A model generated the notes under the pieces. That model did no database searches and was not told the DNA's origin. It was given only the letters and a program-made list of their open reading frames with translations. Positions 45,822 through 55,556 of a stretch of DNA of 64,000 bases are shown here, in pieces; position 1 is the first letter of the stretch, and every line of letters starts with the position of its first letter. Position numbers and translations under genes: made by a program. The stretch is from NCBI GenBank assembly GCA_028749235.1, contig JAQULS010000001.1, forward strand, positions 755 to 64,754, given 5' to 3'. Origin of the DNA: Acidobacteriota bacterium (GTDB lineage: Bacteria > Acidobacteriota > Aminicenantia > Aminicenantales > UBA4085).

Positions 45822-47735
45822 CTACTCGAACCGCTCCACGATGGCCCGGTTCTGCTCGTTCAGGATGCTCTTGGCCTCGGGCGTGAACAGGTACTCGATC
45901 CGGTTCCGGTAGTAGTCCTCGATCTTGCTGCGGACCATCTTCATCGTCGAGTTGAGCAGGTGGTTCTGCTCGGAGAAAGGCTCGCCCAGGACGGCGATCG
46001 TGGCAGGCAGCCAGCGGCCGGGGAACTGGCCGGCGAACTCGCCGCCTTCCTTGTACTTGGCCACCTCGGACTCGAGCAGGCGCAGCACCGCGTCCTGGCC
46101 TTCCGCCGTCTTGACCGACAAGCCTTTCTTCTTGAGCCAGCCCAGGACCGCTTCCTTGACCGGCACGAGCAGGCCCACGGTGTAGGGCGACTGGTCGTTA
46201 TAGAGCATCAATTGCTCGATGTAGGGCGAGTTGTCGGTGATGGCCTCCTCGATCAGTTCGGGGCTGTACTTCTCGCCGTCGTTGGCGATGAGCAGGCTTT
46301 TGACCCGGCCGAGCACGTACAAGTAGCCGTCCGCGTCGAGGTAGCCCAGGTCGCCGGTGTAGAGCCAGCCGCCGCGCAGCGCTTCGGCCGTGGCCTTTTC
46401 GTTGCGCCAGTATCCGGCCATGACGTTCTCGCCCCGAACGACGATCTCGCCGGAAGCCCCGGTCGGCAGAGAATTGCCATCCGAGTCGCAGATACGGATC
46501 TCCAGGTTCGGCATGACCCGCCCGGAGGAGCCCAGCTTGTGGTGGGTCAGGCTGTTGGCCGAGATGACCGGGGCGGCTTCGGTCAGCCCGTAGCCCTGGA
46601 GCATGGGGAAGCCGACGGCGTAGAAGAAGCGCTGCAGCTCGATGTCGAGCAGGGCTCCGCCGCCGACGAAGAACTTCAGGCGGCCGCCGAAGTTCTCCCG
46701 GATCTTGCTGAACAGCAGTTTGTCGTAGAGGGCCATGACGGGCGCCTTCAGCTTCTGCGCGCCGCGGCCGCGGTTCCAGCCTTCCTTGTTGTAGGCGTAG
46801 GCCGTCTTCATGGCCTTGGCGAAGAGCGCTTCGATTTTGGGGCCCTTGTCCCGTATCCCCTTTTCGATCGTCTTGCGGAAGTTCTTGGCCAGGGCCGGCA
46901 CGCTCAGGAAGACGTGGGGGCGCAGCTCCTTGATGTTGAGCGGGACGTTGCGGAGGGTCTCCAGGGCCGTCTTGCCCTGGGCGACGGAGGCGATCGAAGC
47001 CCCGCTCTTCATCATCATATAGAGGCCGCAGGTGTGCCCGAAGGCGTGGTCCCAGGGCAGGACGTTGAGCAGGACCCAATCCGGCTGGGGATCGATCAGG
47101 GCCGTGCCCTGCTCGATGTTGGCCGTGTAGTTGCGGTGGGTCAGGACGATGCCCTTGGGATCGGCCGTCGTGCCCGAGGTGTAGCAGATGTTGGCCGGAT
47201 CATCCTCGCGCACGGACTGCCAGCGGGCCTCGAAGGCGGCCCGGCTGTGGCCGAGGAAGTCCTCGCCCTTCTTGAGCACGGTTGCGGCCGAGATCTCGTC
47301 GGCCTCGAAGGACTTGAGGCCGTCGAAGCAGATGGTCAGCTTGAGGTCGGGCAGGTCGGGTTTGACCTGGCGGATCTTGCCGATATGGTTCTGGGAGACC
47401 AGCGCCATCCGGCAGCCCGAGTGGAGGAGCCGGAACTTGAGGTCGGCCCGCTCGTCCAGCTTGACCGAGATGGGCACGTCGACGGCGCCGACGTAGAACA
47501 GCCCCAGTTCGCCTATGACCCAGTCGTTGCGGCCTTCGGAGATCAGGGCCACCCGGTCGCCCTTCTCCAGGCCCAGGCTCATCAGCCCGGCCGCGAAGCG
47601 GTGGACGAGCGGCTTCATCTGGGCGAAGGTGGTGCCCTCGTACTTGTCGGCTTTCTTCTCCCACATCAGGACGTTGTCGGGATACCGTTCCACGCTGGTC
47701 TCGAACAAGCGGGGCAAAGTGCGCGGTGCGTTCAT
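45822..47735 (-). CDS. long-chain fatty acid--CoA ligase (AMP-binding ANL superfamily)
   Basis: AMP-binding motif YTSGTTADPKGIVLTH. GYGLTE and ...GDLGYLDADGYLYVLGR motifs. Strong RBS GGGAGGAGCGA before ATG 47735. Confidence 0.85.
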   Translation of the reverse strand: MNAPRTLPRLFETSVERYPDNVLMWEKKADKYEGTTFAQMKPLVHRFAAGLMSLGLEKGDRVALISEGRNDWVIGELGLFYVGAVDVPISVKLDERADLKFRLLHSGCRMALVSQNHIGKIRQVKPDLPDLKLTICFDGLKSFEADEISAATVLKKGEDFLGHSRAAFEARWQSVREDDPANICYTSGTTADPKGIVLTHRNYTANIEQGTALIDPQPDWVLLNVLPWDHAFGHTCGLYMMMKSGASIASVAQGKTALETLRNVPLNIKELRPHVFLSVPALAKNFRKTIEKGIRDKGPKIEALFAKAMKTAYAYNKEGWNRGRGAQKLKAPVMALYDKLLFSKIRENFGGRLKFFVGGGALLDIELQRFFYAVGFPMLQGYGLTEAAPVISANSLTHHKLGSSGRVMPNLEIRICDSDGNSLPTGASGEIVVRGENVMAGYWRNEKATAEALRGGWLYTGDLGYLDADGYLYVLGRVKSLLIANDGEKYSPELIEEAITDNSPYIEQLMLYNDQSPYTVGLLVPVKEAVLGWLKKKGLSVKTAEGQDAVLRLLESEVAKYKEGGEFAGQFPGRWLPATIAVLGEPFSEQNHLLNSTMKMVRSKIEDYYRNRIEYLFTPEAKSILNEQNRAIVERFE

Positions 47736-47897
47736 TCGCTCCTCCCGGTTCAAAGTGCGTTCATCCTATCGCGCCGCCGGGGGTCTTGTCAAAATGCCCG
47801 TTGACAAGCCGCGACCGGGGCCGATATCCTGGGAGCAGGGGAAAGAGGCCCGATGAATAAAGCGACCCCGCCCGCGACGGCCTCGAAAGGAAATCCC

Positions 47898-48338
47898 ATG
47901 ACCCGCCGCTCCCGCTTCATTTTTCCGAGCCTTCTCCTGGCGGCGGCCGCCGCGGCGATGATGGCGGCCGGCCCGGCCTGCAAGGGAGGAACCCGCCTGA
48001 CCGGCGCGGCCGACAAGGCCCTGGCCGAACAGGAAGCCGCCGAGGCGGCCGACAAGGCCGCGTCCGAGGAGGCGGCCGCCAAGCCCGAGCCCAAGCCCGA
48101 GCCCAAGGTCAACGACGCGATGTACGTCGAGATCACGGCCCGCTCCGTCCTCATCCGGGAGAAATACGCCGAGACGCCGGAGACAATCGATCCGGAAATC
48201 GACAAGGTCTACGACGCATTCAGCATCACCGCGGCCGATTACCGGGAGTTCGCCAAGACCCTCGTCCCGCCGAAGTCCTACGAGCTTCAGAAGAAGATCC
48301 AGGAGAAGATCCAAACCCTGGCCCACGAATACCGATGA
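47898..48338 (+). CDS. hypothetical lipoprotein, Ala/Glu/Lys-rich
   Basis: MTRRSRFIFPSLLLAAAAAAMMAAGPAC is a signal peptide with a lipobox-like Cys. Low-complexity EAAEAADKAASEEAAAKPEPKPEPK linker. Confidence 0.55.
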   Translation: MTRRSRFIFPSLLLAAAAAAMMAAGPACKGGTRLTGAADKALAEQEAAEAADKAASEEAAAKPEPKPEPKVNDAMYVEITARSVLIREKYAETPETIDPEIDKVYDAFSITAADYREFAKTLVPPKSYELQKKIQEKIQTLAHEYR

Positions 48339-48400
48339 CCTCGGGATCCGGGCCGGCCGCCGAATTGATGGCGGCGGGCCGGATATGGTAGATTGAGGAC

Positions 48401-48742
48401 ATGGCCGAAGATCCCGCCGTCAGCGACCAGATGGACGACATCCTGCATCCGGATACCCGGGCCAAGTCGTTCCGCATCACCATCGTGTTCGGACGCCGGG
48501 TCCACCCGAACTACGCCCCGGCGGTCGCCTGGGCCAAGCGCAACCCGACCTACCGCGAGGAAGGGCAGGGCGATTGGATCCGCCATTCGGCGGTCTACAC
48601 CCCGGCCGAGGTCGAGGATCTTTTCAAGCTGTTCAACCTGGTCCACGACTGGGAGACAACCGAGATCCTGGTCAACCACAAGCGCCTGCCCTACGGCCAC
48701 CAGCTCTGGCTGCCGTTGATGTGGTTCTACCGCATCCGCTGA
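48401..48742 (+). CDS. hypothetical protein, Trp-rich C-terminus
   Basis: 113-aa ORF in a GC-rich background with codon usage similar to neighbours. No recognisable motif. Confidence 0.4.
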   Translation: MAEDPAVSDQMDDILHPDTRAKSFRITIVFGRRVHPNYAPAVAWAKRNPTYREEGQGDWIRHSAVYTPAEVEDLFKLFNLVHDWETTEILVNHKRLPYGHQLWLPLMWFYRIR

Positions 48743-48767
48743 ATCGCACGGAATGGAGGTTCCTCCC

Positions 48768-51700
48768 ATGAAAAAGACCATCGCCCTGACCGTTCTCCTT
48801 CTCTCGCTGGCCGGGCTGGCCGCGGCCCTCGAGGAAGGCAGGTTCTTCACCTACCCGACCATCCATGGCGACACAATCGTCTTCACCTACGAGGCCGACC
48901 TCTGGACCGTGAGCGCCCAGGGCGGCACGGCGGTCCGCCTGACCACGTTCCCCGGCACCGAGAACTTCGCCAAGCTGTCCCCCGACGGGAAATGGCTCGC
49001 CTTTTCGGCGTCCTACGACGGCATCACGGCCGTGTACCTCATGCCGGCCGAGGGCGGCGCCCCGGTGCGCCTGACCTATACCCCCGGCGCGGCCCAGGCC
49101 ATCGCCTGGACGCCGGACGGGACGGAAGTGGTCTTCCGCTCAGCCATGGAGAACTTCATCGGCCGCGATCCGGCCTTGTACTCGGTCAGCCGCCGGGGCG
49201 GAGCGCCCGTGCGGCTCGTCGACCGGGGCGTCCTGATCAGCTTCATGCCCGAGGAGCACAAGTTCCTCTACAACCGCCGCGGCGCGGAGGAATACTACTG
49301 GAAGCGCTACAAGGGCGGCCAGTACATGGACATCTGGATGTACGACGCGGCGGCCAAGACGTACGCGCCGGTCACCGACTACGTCGGACGCAACAGCTAC
49401 CCGATGTGGATCAACGGCTTGATGTGTTTCGTCTCCGACCGCGGCAACGGCATCTGCAACCTTTACACCCAGAAGCTGGGCACGGCGGACGTCAAGCCGG
49501 TCACCCGCTACGATGACGTCGACGTCATGTACCCCAATACCGACGGCCGCTCGATCGTATACGTCCAGGACGGCCATCTTCACGTCCTGGAGGCCAAGTC
49601 CGGACAGGACCGCGAGATCCAGGTCCGAGTCCCGTCCGACCGTTGGGCCCTGCGGACCAAGGTCATCAACCCGCGCGATTACGTCCATACCGTCAATCTG
49701 GCCAATGACGGCAAAACGGTCGTCCTGGAGGCCCGCGGCGACGTCTTCCGTGTGCCCACGGGCCGCGACGTCACGGATAACCTGTCCAACACGCCGGGCA
49801 CCCGGGAAACGTACCCGGCCCTCTCGCCGGACGGCAAGACCGTGGCCTTCTTCAGCGACAAGAGCGGCGACTACCAGCTCTACACCCAGAGCGTCGGCGG
49901 CGGCGAGTGGACGGCCCTGACGACCGACTTGAACCGGGCCGCCTACAAGCTGATCTGGTCCCCCGACGGCAGGAAGATCCTCTTCGGCAACAAGGACTTC
50001 AGCCTGTTCTACGTCGACGTGGCCAGCAAGAAGCTGGTCAAGTTCGACTCCTCCAACCAGATGAAGAACGACGAATTCATCTGGGAGATGGCCGATTACG
50101 CCTGGTCCCCCGACTCCCAGTGGATCGCTTACGGCCTGGTCCAGTACAACCGCAACAACAAGATCTTTCTCTACAGCCTGGCGACGGGCCGGAAGACCGC
50201 GGTGACCGACGACTTCTACGACAACCTCTACCCCTCCTTCGACGCCGACGGCAAGTACCTCTACTACGTCTCCAGCCGCGCCTTCGACGTCCAGATGGAC
50301 TTCTACGAGGACAACCACGTCCTGCCGGCTCCCCAGCAGGTCATGGCCGTTCAGCTTCGCGCCGGCGAAAAGCCGCCCTTCGCGGCCGCCGACGCCGTCA
50401 AAGGCGAGGCCAAGGCGGAGGCGGCGGCCTTCCGCATCGACACCGAAGGGCTGCTGCAGCGGACCTACCCCCTGCCCGTCCCGGCCGGCAACTATTTCTA
50501 TCTCAAGGCCGGCAAGGGCAAGGTCCTGTGGGCCTCCATCGACGCCTTCAGCGAGACCGAGTACGAGGAAATCTTCCGGCCCAAGTACAATCAGGCCAAG
50601 TGGAGCCTCCACGTCTTCGACATGGCCGAGCGCCGCGACGTCGTGCTCACCGACAAGATCAGCGACTTCGGCCTTTCGGCCAACCAGGAGCAGATCATCC
50701 TGCGCAAGGAAGGCGACTTCTTCACGACGGCCGTCGACCGGGCCTTCGCCTCCAAGGGACTGGGCGAGCGACTGAGCCTGTCCGGCCTGCTTTACACCGT
50801 CGACCCGCAGAAGGAATGGCACCAGATCTTCGACGACGCCTGGCGCTGGTACCGGGACTTCTTCTATGACGCCAACTTCCACGGCCGCGATTGGAAGGCC
50901 ATGGGCGCCCGCTACCGGGCTTATATCCCCTACCTGTCCTCGCGCGGCGAGCTGAACTGGGTGCTGTCCCAGATGGTCGGCGAGCTGTGCGTTTCCCACA
51001 CCTACGTCGGCGGCGGCGACCTCGGACCGGCCGCAGCCCCGGGCTCGCCGGTCTTCACCGGCCTGCTGGGAGCCGACCTGGCCGCGGACAAGGCCTCCGG
51101 CCTCTACAAGCTGGCCAGGATCTACGGCCCGACCAACGTCAATCTGAGCCTGACCGGTCCCCTCGTCCGGCCCGACATCGCGGTCAAGGAAGGCGACTTC
51201 CTGCTGGCCATCAACGGCACCGCGCTGAAGTCCGGCGACGACTACTTCAAGCTCCTCCAGACGACCCCCGGGCGCACGATCAAGGTGACGATCAACGCCA
51301 AGCCGGCCCTGGAAGGGGCCAAGACCTACGAGATCGAGCCCCTGCGCAGCGACACCCAGCTGCGGTATTTCCGCTGGATCCAGGACAACATCAGCACCAT
51401 CGAAAACGCCACCGGCGGCAAGGTCGGCTACATGCACATCAACGCCATGGGCTCGGGCGGCATCGGCGAGTTCGACAAGTACTGGCGGGCCTTCCGCAAC
51501 AAGGACGGCATCATCATCGACGTCCGCCGCAACAGCGGCGGCTGGACGGAGTACTTCCTGATCGACAAGCTGGAGCGGGCCATGACCAGCCAGAACGTCC
51601 TGCGCGGCATGGTTCCCTTCCGCTATCCCGGGACGGCCGGCAACGGCAACTACGTGGTCATCTCCAACGAGAACAACGGCTCGGACGGCGAGGCCTTCGT

Positions 51701-52016
51701 CGAGGACTTCAAGGCCCGCCGGCTGGGCACGGTCGTCGGCGTCCGCTCCTGGGGCGGCCTGGTCGGCATCCTCAACCAGCAGCTGACCATCGACAACGGC
51801 ACGGTCGAGCAGTCCAACAACGCCTTCTACGGCCGCGACGGCAAGTGGATCGTCGAGAACCACGGCGCCGATCCCGACGTTCTGGTCGAGAACGATCCGT
51901 CATCGATCGCCGCCGGACGCGACCTGCAGCTCGAGAAGGCCATCGAGGTGATGTTGGACAAGATCAAGAAGAACCCGGCCGCCTTCCCGCTGGTTCCCGC
52001 TTACCCCAAAAAGTGA
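48768..52016 (+). CDS. tricorn protease homolog (S41 peptidase with beta-propeller and PDZ domains)
   Basis: Signal peptide MKKTIALTVLLLSLAGLAAA. Repeated PD40/WD40-like propeller motifs (SPDGKWLAF, SPDGKTVAF, SPDGRKILF). C-terminal S41 core (DVRRNSGGWTEY). RBS ggagg before ATG 48768. Confidence 0.8.
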   Translation: MKKTIALTVLLLSLAGLAAALEEGRFFTYPTIHGDTIVFTYEADLWTVSAQGGTAVRLTTFPGTENFAKLSPDGKWLAFSASYDGITAVYLMPAEGGAPVRLTYTPGAAQAIAWTPDGTEVVFRSAMENFIGRDPALYSVSRRGGAPVRLVDRGVLISFMPEEHKFLYNRRGAEEYYWKRYKGGQYMDIWMYDAAAKTYAPVTDYVGRNSYPMWINGLMCFVSDRGNGICNLYTQKLGTADVKPVTRYDDVDVMYPNTDGRSIVYVQDGHLHVLEAKSGQDREIQVRVPSDRWALRTKVINPRDYVHTVNLANDGKTVVLEARGDVFRVPTGRDVTDNLSNTPGTRETYPALSPDGKTVAFFSDKSGDYQLYTQSVGGGEWTALTTDLNRAAYKLIWSPDGRKILFGNKDFSLFYVDVASKKLVKFDSSNQMKNDEFIWEMADYAWSPDSQWIAYGLVQYNRNNKIFLYSLATGRKTAVTDDFYDNLYPSFDADGKYLYYVSSRAFDVQMDFYEDNHVLPAPQQVMAVQLRAGEKPPFAAADAVKGEAKAEAAAFRIDTEGLLQRTYPLPVPAGNYFYLKAGKGKVLWASIDAFSETEYEEIFRPKYNQAKWSLHVFDMAERRDVVLTDKISDFGLSANQEQIILRKEGDFFTTAVDRAFASKGLGERLSLSGLLYTVDPQKEWHQIFDDAWRWYRDFFYDANFHGRDWKAMGARYRAYIPYLSSRGELNWVLSQMVGELCVSHTYVGGGDLGPAAAPGSPVFTGLLGADLAADKASGLYKLARIYGPTNVNLSLTGPLVRPDIAVKEGDFLLAINGTALKSGDDYFKLLQTTPGRTIKVTINAKPALEGAKTYEIEPLRSDTQLRYFRWIQDNISTIENATGGKVGYMHINAMGSGGIGEFDKYWRAFRNKDGIIIDVRRNSGGWTEYFLIDKLERAMTSQNVLRGMVPFRYPGTAGNGNYVVISNENNGSDGEAFVEDFKARRLGTVVGVRSWGGLVGILNQQLTIDNGTVEQSNNAFYGRDGKWIVENHGADPDVLVENDPSSIAAGRDLQLEKAIEVMLDKIKKNPAAFPLVPAYPKK

Positions 52017-52034
52017 ACGTTTCGGCCTTTTAAC

Positions 52035-52064
52035 GGGGAACGCCTTCGGGCGTTCCCCTTTTTT
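52035..52064 (+). terminator. rho-independent terminator after the tricorn-like gene
   Basis: GGGGAACGCC-ttcg-GGCGTTCCCC followed by TTTTTT. Confidence 0.8.
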
Positions 52065-52075
52065 AGGATCTTCTC

Positions 52076-52189
52076 CCATCTCCGGGGATAGCGTTCCGGG
52101 GTTACCGTTCGGGGGAACGGTACAATGCGCCGTGATCGGGTCTTGACTGGACAATTGTTCCATGGAGATTCTACGGCGCGAATGTATCA
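52076..52189. repeat. intergenic repeat element family 2, copy C (its 3-prime end shares the family-1 terminus cgcgaatgtatca)
   Basis: ccatctcc...accgttcgggggaacggtacaatgcgccgtgatcgggtct...ctacggcgcgaatgtatca. Homologous to 60911-61021. Internal hairpin ACCGTTC-GGGG-GAACGGT. Confidence 0.7.
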
Positions 52190-52196
52190 CAAGCGG

Positions 52197-53582
52197 TCAG
52201 CCGATCTCCTCGAAGCGGGCCGTGAAATGGCGGAGGAATCGCGGCTCGTCCACGATGCGCAGGCCCCAGACCCGGTCCCTATGGCGGTTGATGGCGGCCA
52301 GGGCTTCGGCCACGTAGCTAAGATGGGCGGCCGTGTAGACGCGGCGGGGCAGGGCCAGGCGGACCATCTCCAGCCGCGGGAAGACCATCTTCCCCGTCCG
52401 GGGGTCCTTATGGCCGAACATGACGCCGCCGATTTCGACCGCTCTCACGGCGCTCTCGCGGTAGAGGGCCACGGTCAGGGCCCAGCCCGGGAATTGCTCC
52501 CGCGGGATGTCCGGCAGGATCCGGTCGGCCAGAAGGTATATGGCGCTCCCACCCGCCGGCTTGAAGTACGGCACGCCGGCCTCGTCGAGAAGGGCCCCGA
52601 GATAGGCGGCCTGGGCGGTCCGATAGGCGAGATAATCCTCCTCCACGACCTCGGCCAGCCCCTGGGCGATGGCTTCCAGATCCCGGCCGGCCAGCCCACC
52701 ATAGGTGTAGAATCCCTCCGAGATGATCAGGATGCTCTTCAGGCTCTTGGCCAGCTCGCCGTCGGCGAGGGTGATGAAGCCGCCGATGTTGACCAGGCCG
52801 TCCTTCTTGGCGCTCATGGTCGCCCCGTCGGCGTGGGAGAACATCTCCCGGGCGATGGCGGCGACCGTCTTACGGGCGTAGCCCTTCTCCCGCCGCTTGA
52901 TGTACCAGGCGTTCTCGGCGAAGCGGCAGGCGTCGAAGAAGAAGGGGATCCCGGCTTTCCGGCAGACGGCGCTGACCTTGCGGATGTTGGCCATGGACAC
53001 CGGCTGGCCGCCGCCGCTGTTGTTGGTCACGGTCAGCATGACCAGGGGAATCCGGGTCCGGCCCTTGGCGGCGATGAACGCCTCCAGCTTGGCCACGTTC
53101 ATGTCGCCCTTGAACGGGCAGTCCGAATCGGGATCGTAGCCCTCGTCGCTGACCAGGTCGACGGCCGTCGCGCCCCGGACCTCCACGTTGGCCCGGGTGG
53201 TATCGAAATGGATATTGCTCGGGACGAAGTCGCCCTTTTTGACCAGGCCCTCGAACAGGATCCTCTCGGCGGCGCGGCCCTGGTGGGTCGGAATGACGTG
53301 CTCGAACCCGAAGAGGTTCCGCACGGCCTTCTCGAAGCGGAAGAAGCTGCGGGCCCCGGCGTACGACTCGTCGCCGCGCATGATCCCCGCCCACTGGACG
53401 TCGCTCATGGCCGCGGTGCCCGAGTCGGTCAACAGGTCGATGAAGACCTTCTCGGCCGGTATGCCGAAGACGTTGAAACCGGCTTTCCGCAAAACCTGCT
53501 CCCGCACGGCGCGGGACGGAAGGTGCACGGACTCCACGGTTTTGATGCGAAAGGGCTCGACGGGCGGTTTGATGGTGGTCAC
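52197..53582 (-). CDS. tnaA: tryptophanase/tyrosine phenol-lyase family beta-eliminating lyase (PLP-dependent)
   Basis: 461-aa ORF with the beta-eliminating lyase family N-terminus (MTTIKPPVEPFRIKTVE) and PLP-lysine region (SAKKDGLVNIGG). Confidence 0.8.
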   Translation of the reverse strand: MTTIKPPVEPFRIKTVESVHLPSRAVREQVLRKAGFNVFGIPAEKVFIDLLTDSGTAAMSDVQWAGIMRGDESYAGARSFFRFEKAVRNLFGFEHVIPTHQGRAAERILFEGLVKKGDFVPSNIHFDTTRANVEVRGATAVDLVSDEGYDPDSDCPFKGDMNVAKLEAFIAAKGRTRIPLVMLTVTNNSGGGQPVSMANIRKVSAVCRKAGIPFFFDACRFAENAWYIKRREKGYARKTVAAIAREMFSHADGATMSAKKDGLVNIGGFITLADGELAKSLKSILIISEGFYTYGGLAGRDLEAIAQGLAEVVEEDYLAYRTAQAAYLGALLDEAGVPYFKPAGGSAIYLLADRILPDIPREQFPGWALTVALYRESAVRAVEIGGVMFGHKDPRTGKMVFPRLEMVRLALPRRVYTAAHLSYVAEALAAINRHRDRVWGLRIVDEPRFLRHFTARFEEIG

Positions 53583-53602
53583 GGGATTCTCCTTGGCTGC
53601 GG

Positions 53603-54505
53603 TCAGAACGAAACGAGCTTCTTGAAATCGGTGTAGCGGGCGGCGATCTCGTCCGGCCGCAGGGGCTTGAAGCGTTCGAGGCCGAAGCCTTCGATGGTGA
53701 ACGAGGCCATGACGCTGCCGTAGACGGCGGCCCGCCGGATCTCACGGCGGCTGAAGCTCCCGGCCTTGTCCAGCCAGCCCAGGAAGCCGCCGGCGAAGCT
53801 GTCCCCCGCCCCGGTCGGATCGACGACCCACTTGCAGGGTAGGGCCGGAATGGACAGGACGAGATCCGGGCCGAAGACCATGGCCCCGTGCTCGCCCTTC
53901 TTGACGACGACGATGCGCGGCCCCATCTCCCGGATCGCCGCAGCGGCCAGGATCAGGTTGCGCTCGCCGGTCAGCAGGCGGGCCTCCTCGTCGTTGGCGA
54001 AATAGACGTCGACCCGCTTCAGGATCCGCCGCAGCGCCTCGGGCTTGGAGTCGATGTACAGCCGGATCGTGTCCAGGGCCGTCAGGCGCGGTTTTTCGAC
54101 CTGGTGGAAGATGGCCTCCTGCAGGTCGGGGTCGATATTGGCCAGGAAAAGGATGCCGGCTTTCTTGTAAGCGTCCGGAATTTCCGGCCGGAAGTCGAGA
54201 AAGACATTGAGGTCGGTCCGGATGGTGTCGCGCTGGTTGGGATCATCGCCGTAGCGGCCGTGCCAATGAAAAGTCCGGCCGCCCTTGACGGTTTTCAGGC
54301 CCTTGAGATCCACGCCCCTCTTCTTCAGAAAGGCCACGACGCTCTTGGGAAAATCCTCGCCCACCACGGCCACGATCCCGGGCCGGGTAAAATAGCTGGC
54401 GGCCACGGCGCCGTAGGTGCACGATCCGCCGACGATCTTGTCGCGGCGCTCGCCGGGGGTTTCGATGGTGTCGAAGGCGACGGAACCGACGATGACCAGG
54501 CTCAT
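53603..54505 (-). CDS. PfkB family carbohydrate/nucleoside kinase
   Basis: N-terminal GG-like motif (GGSCTYGA) and C-terminal DPTGAGDSFAGGF anion-hole motif. Confidence 0.8.
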   Translation of the reverse strand: MSLVIVGSVAFDTIETPGERRDKIVGGSCTYGAVAASYFTRPGIVAVVGEDFPKSVVAFLKKRGVDLKGLKTVKGGRTFHWHGRYGDDPNQRDTIRTDLNVFLDFRPEIPDAYKKAGILFLANIDPDLQEAIFHQVEKPRLTALDTIRLYIDSKPEALRRILKRVDVYFANDEEARLLTGERNLILAAAAIREMGPRIVVVKKGEHGAMVFGPDLVLSIPALPCKWVVDPTGAGDSFAGGFLGWLDKAGSFSRREIRRAAVYGSVMASFTIEGFGLERFKPLRPDEIAARYTDFKKLVSF

Positions 54506-55416
54506 CGGACGCCACCCGGCAGGTATTTGCCGATGATCAGGGCCAGCCGCCGCCGCATGGCGGGTGTGATCCGCTTGGGATCGGTGACGAGCGCCCCGGC
54601 CAGGGCGTTGCGGCAGCCGCAGGCCGCGTCGTCATGCGGCGGCAGGGAAGCCACGGCCTTGCGGATGATCGTCTTGGCGTTATGGATGTTGAGCCGCAGG
54701 TTTTCCAGGATGAGGTCGACCGTGACGCTCTCCTCCCCGGCGTGCCAGCAGTCGTAGTCCGTGGCCAGGTTCATGGTGGCGTAACAGATCTCGGCCTCGC
54801 GGAAGAGCTTGGCCTCGGTCGCGCCGGTCATGCCGATGACCGAGCCGCCCCACAGGCGGTGCATCTCGGATTCCGCCTTGGTCGAGAAGGCCGGCCCTTC
54901 CATGCAGACGTACGTCCCGCCCGGGTGGGAGCGGATGCCCAGATCCTCGGCCGTCCGGTAAAGATGGCGGGACAGGACGCCGCAGACGGGCTCGGCCAGG
55001 GCGACATGGGCCGCGATGCCCCGGTCGAAGAAGGTGGAGAGGCGATGGGTCTTGTCGATGAACTGGTCGGCAAAGACGATGTCGCGGGGCTTGATCTCGG
55101 CCCGCAGGGAGCCTACCGAATTGACCGAAATGATCCTCTCGACGCCCAGCATCTTGAAGCCGTAGACATTGGCCCGGTAGTTGACGTCGGCCGGAAGGTA
55201 CCGATGGCCGCGACCGTGGCGGCTCAAGAAGGCCACTCGCCGGCCCTCGAGCGTCCCGACCATGTAGGCGTCCGACGGGTCGCCGAACGGGGTCTTGAGC
55301 TGGTGCTCTTTCAGGTTCTTGAAGCCTTCGATCTCGTAAAGCCCCGTCCCGCCGAGAATGCCGATCTCGGCCCGGGGCTGCGAAGCGCTGGGCGCGGTTT
55401 TCTTCTTCAGCGGCAT
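54502..55416 (-). CDS. mtnP: S-methyl-5-thioadenosine phosphorylase (purine nucleoside phosphorylase family 2)
   Basis: IGILGGTGLYEI...GTLEGRRVAFLSRHGRGHRYLP is the MTAP signature. ATGA overlap with the downstream kinase. Confidence 0.82.
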   Translation of the reverse strand: MPLKKKTAPSASQPRAEIGILGGTGLYEIEGFKNLKEHQLKTPFGDPSDAYMVGTLEGRRVAFLSRHGRGHRYLPADVNYRANVYGFKMLGVERIISVNSVGSLRAEIKPRDIVFADQFIDKTHRLSTFFDRGIAAHVALAEPVCGVLSRHLYRTAEDLGIRSHPGGTYVCMEGPAFSTKAESEMHRLWGGSVIGMTGATEAKLFREAEICYATMNLATDYDCWHAGEESVTVDLILENLRLNIHNAKTIIRKAVASLPPHDDAACGCRNALAGALVTDPKRITPAMRRRLALIIGKYLPGGVR

Positions 55417-55556
55417 GAGTCCTCCAAGGGTTATAAAGAGGGTAATATACCGGATAATGGGTGTCGTGCCAACCTCGGACCGGTCCGCCGGGAAGCGTTT
55501 TTTGATTTTTAGGCCGGAAAACGCTATCCTACTGTGATTCCAAAGGATCGCAGCTC

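Noticed and set aside
45432-47804. 790-aa + strand ORF
   Set aside because: Antisense to the acyl-CoA ligase, which has AMP-binding motifs and a strong RBS.
49140-51863. 907-aa minus-strand ORF
   Set aside because: Antisense to the tricorn-like protease gene.
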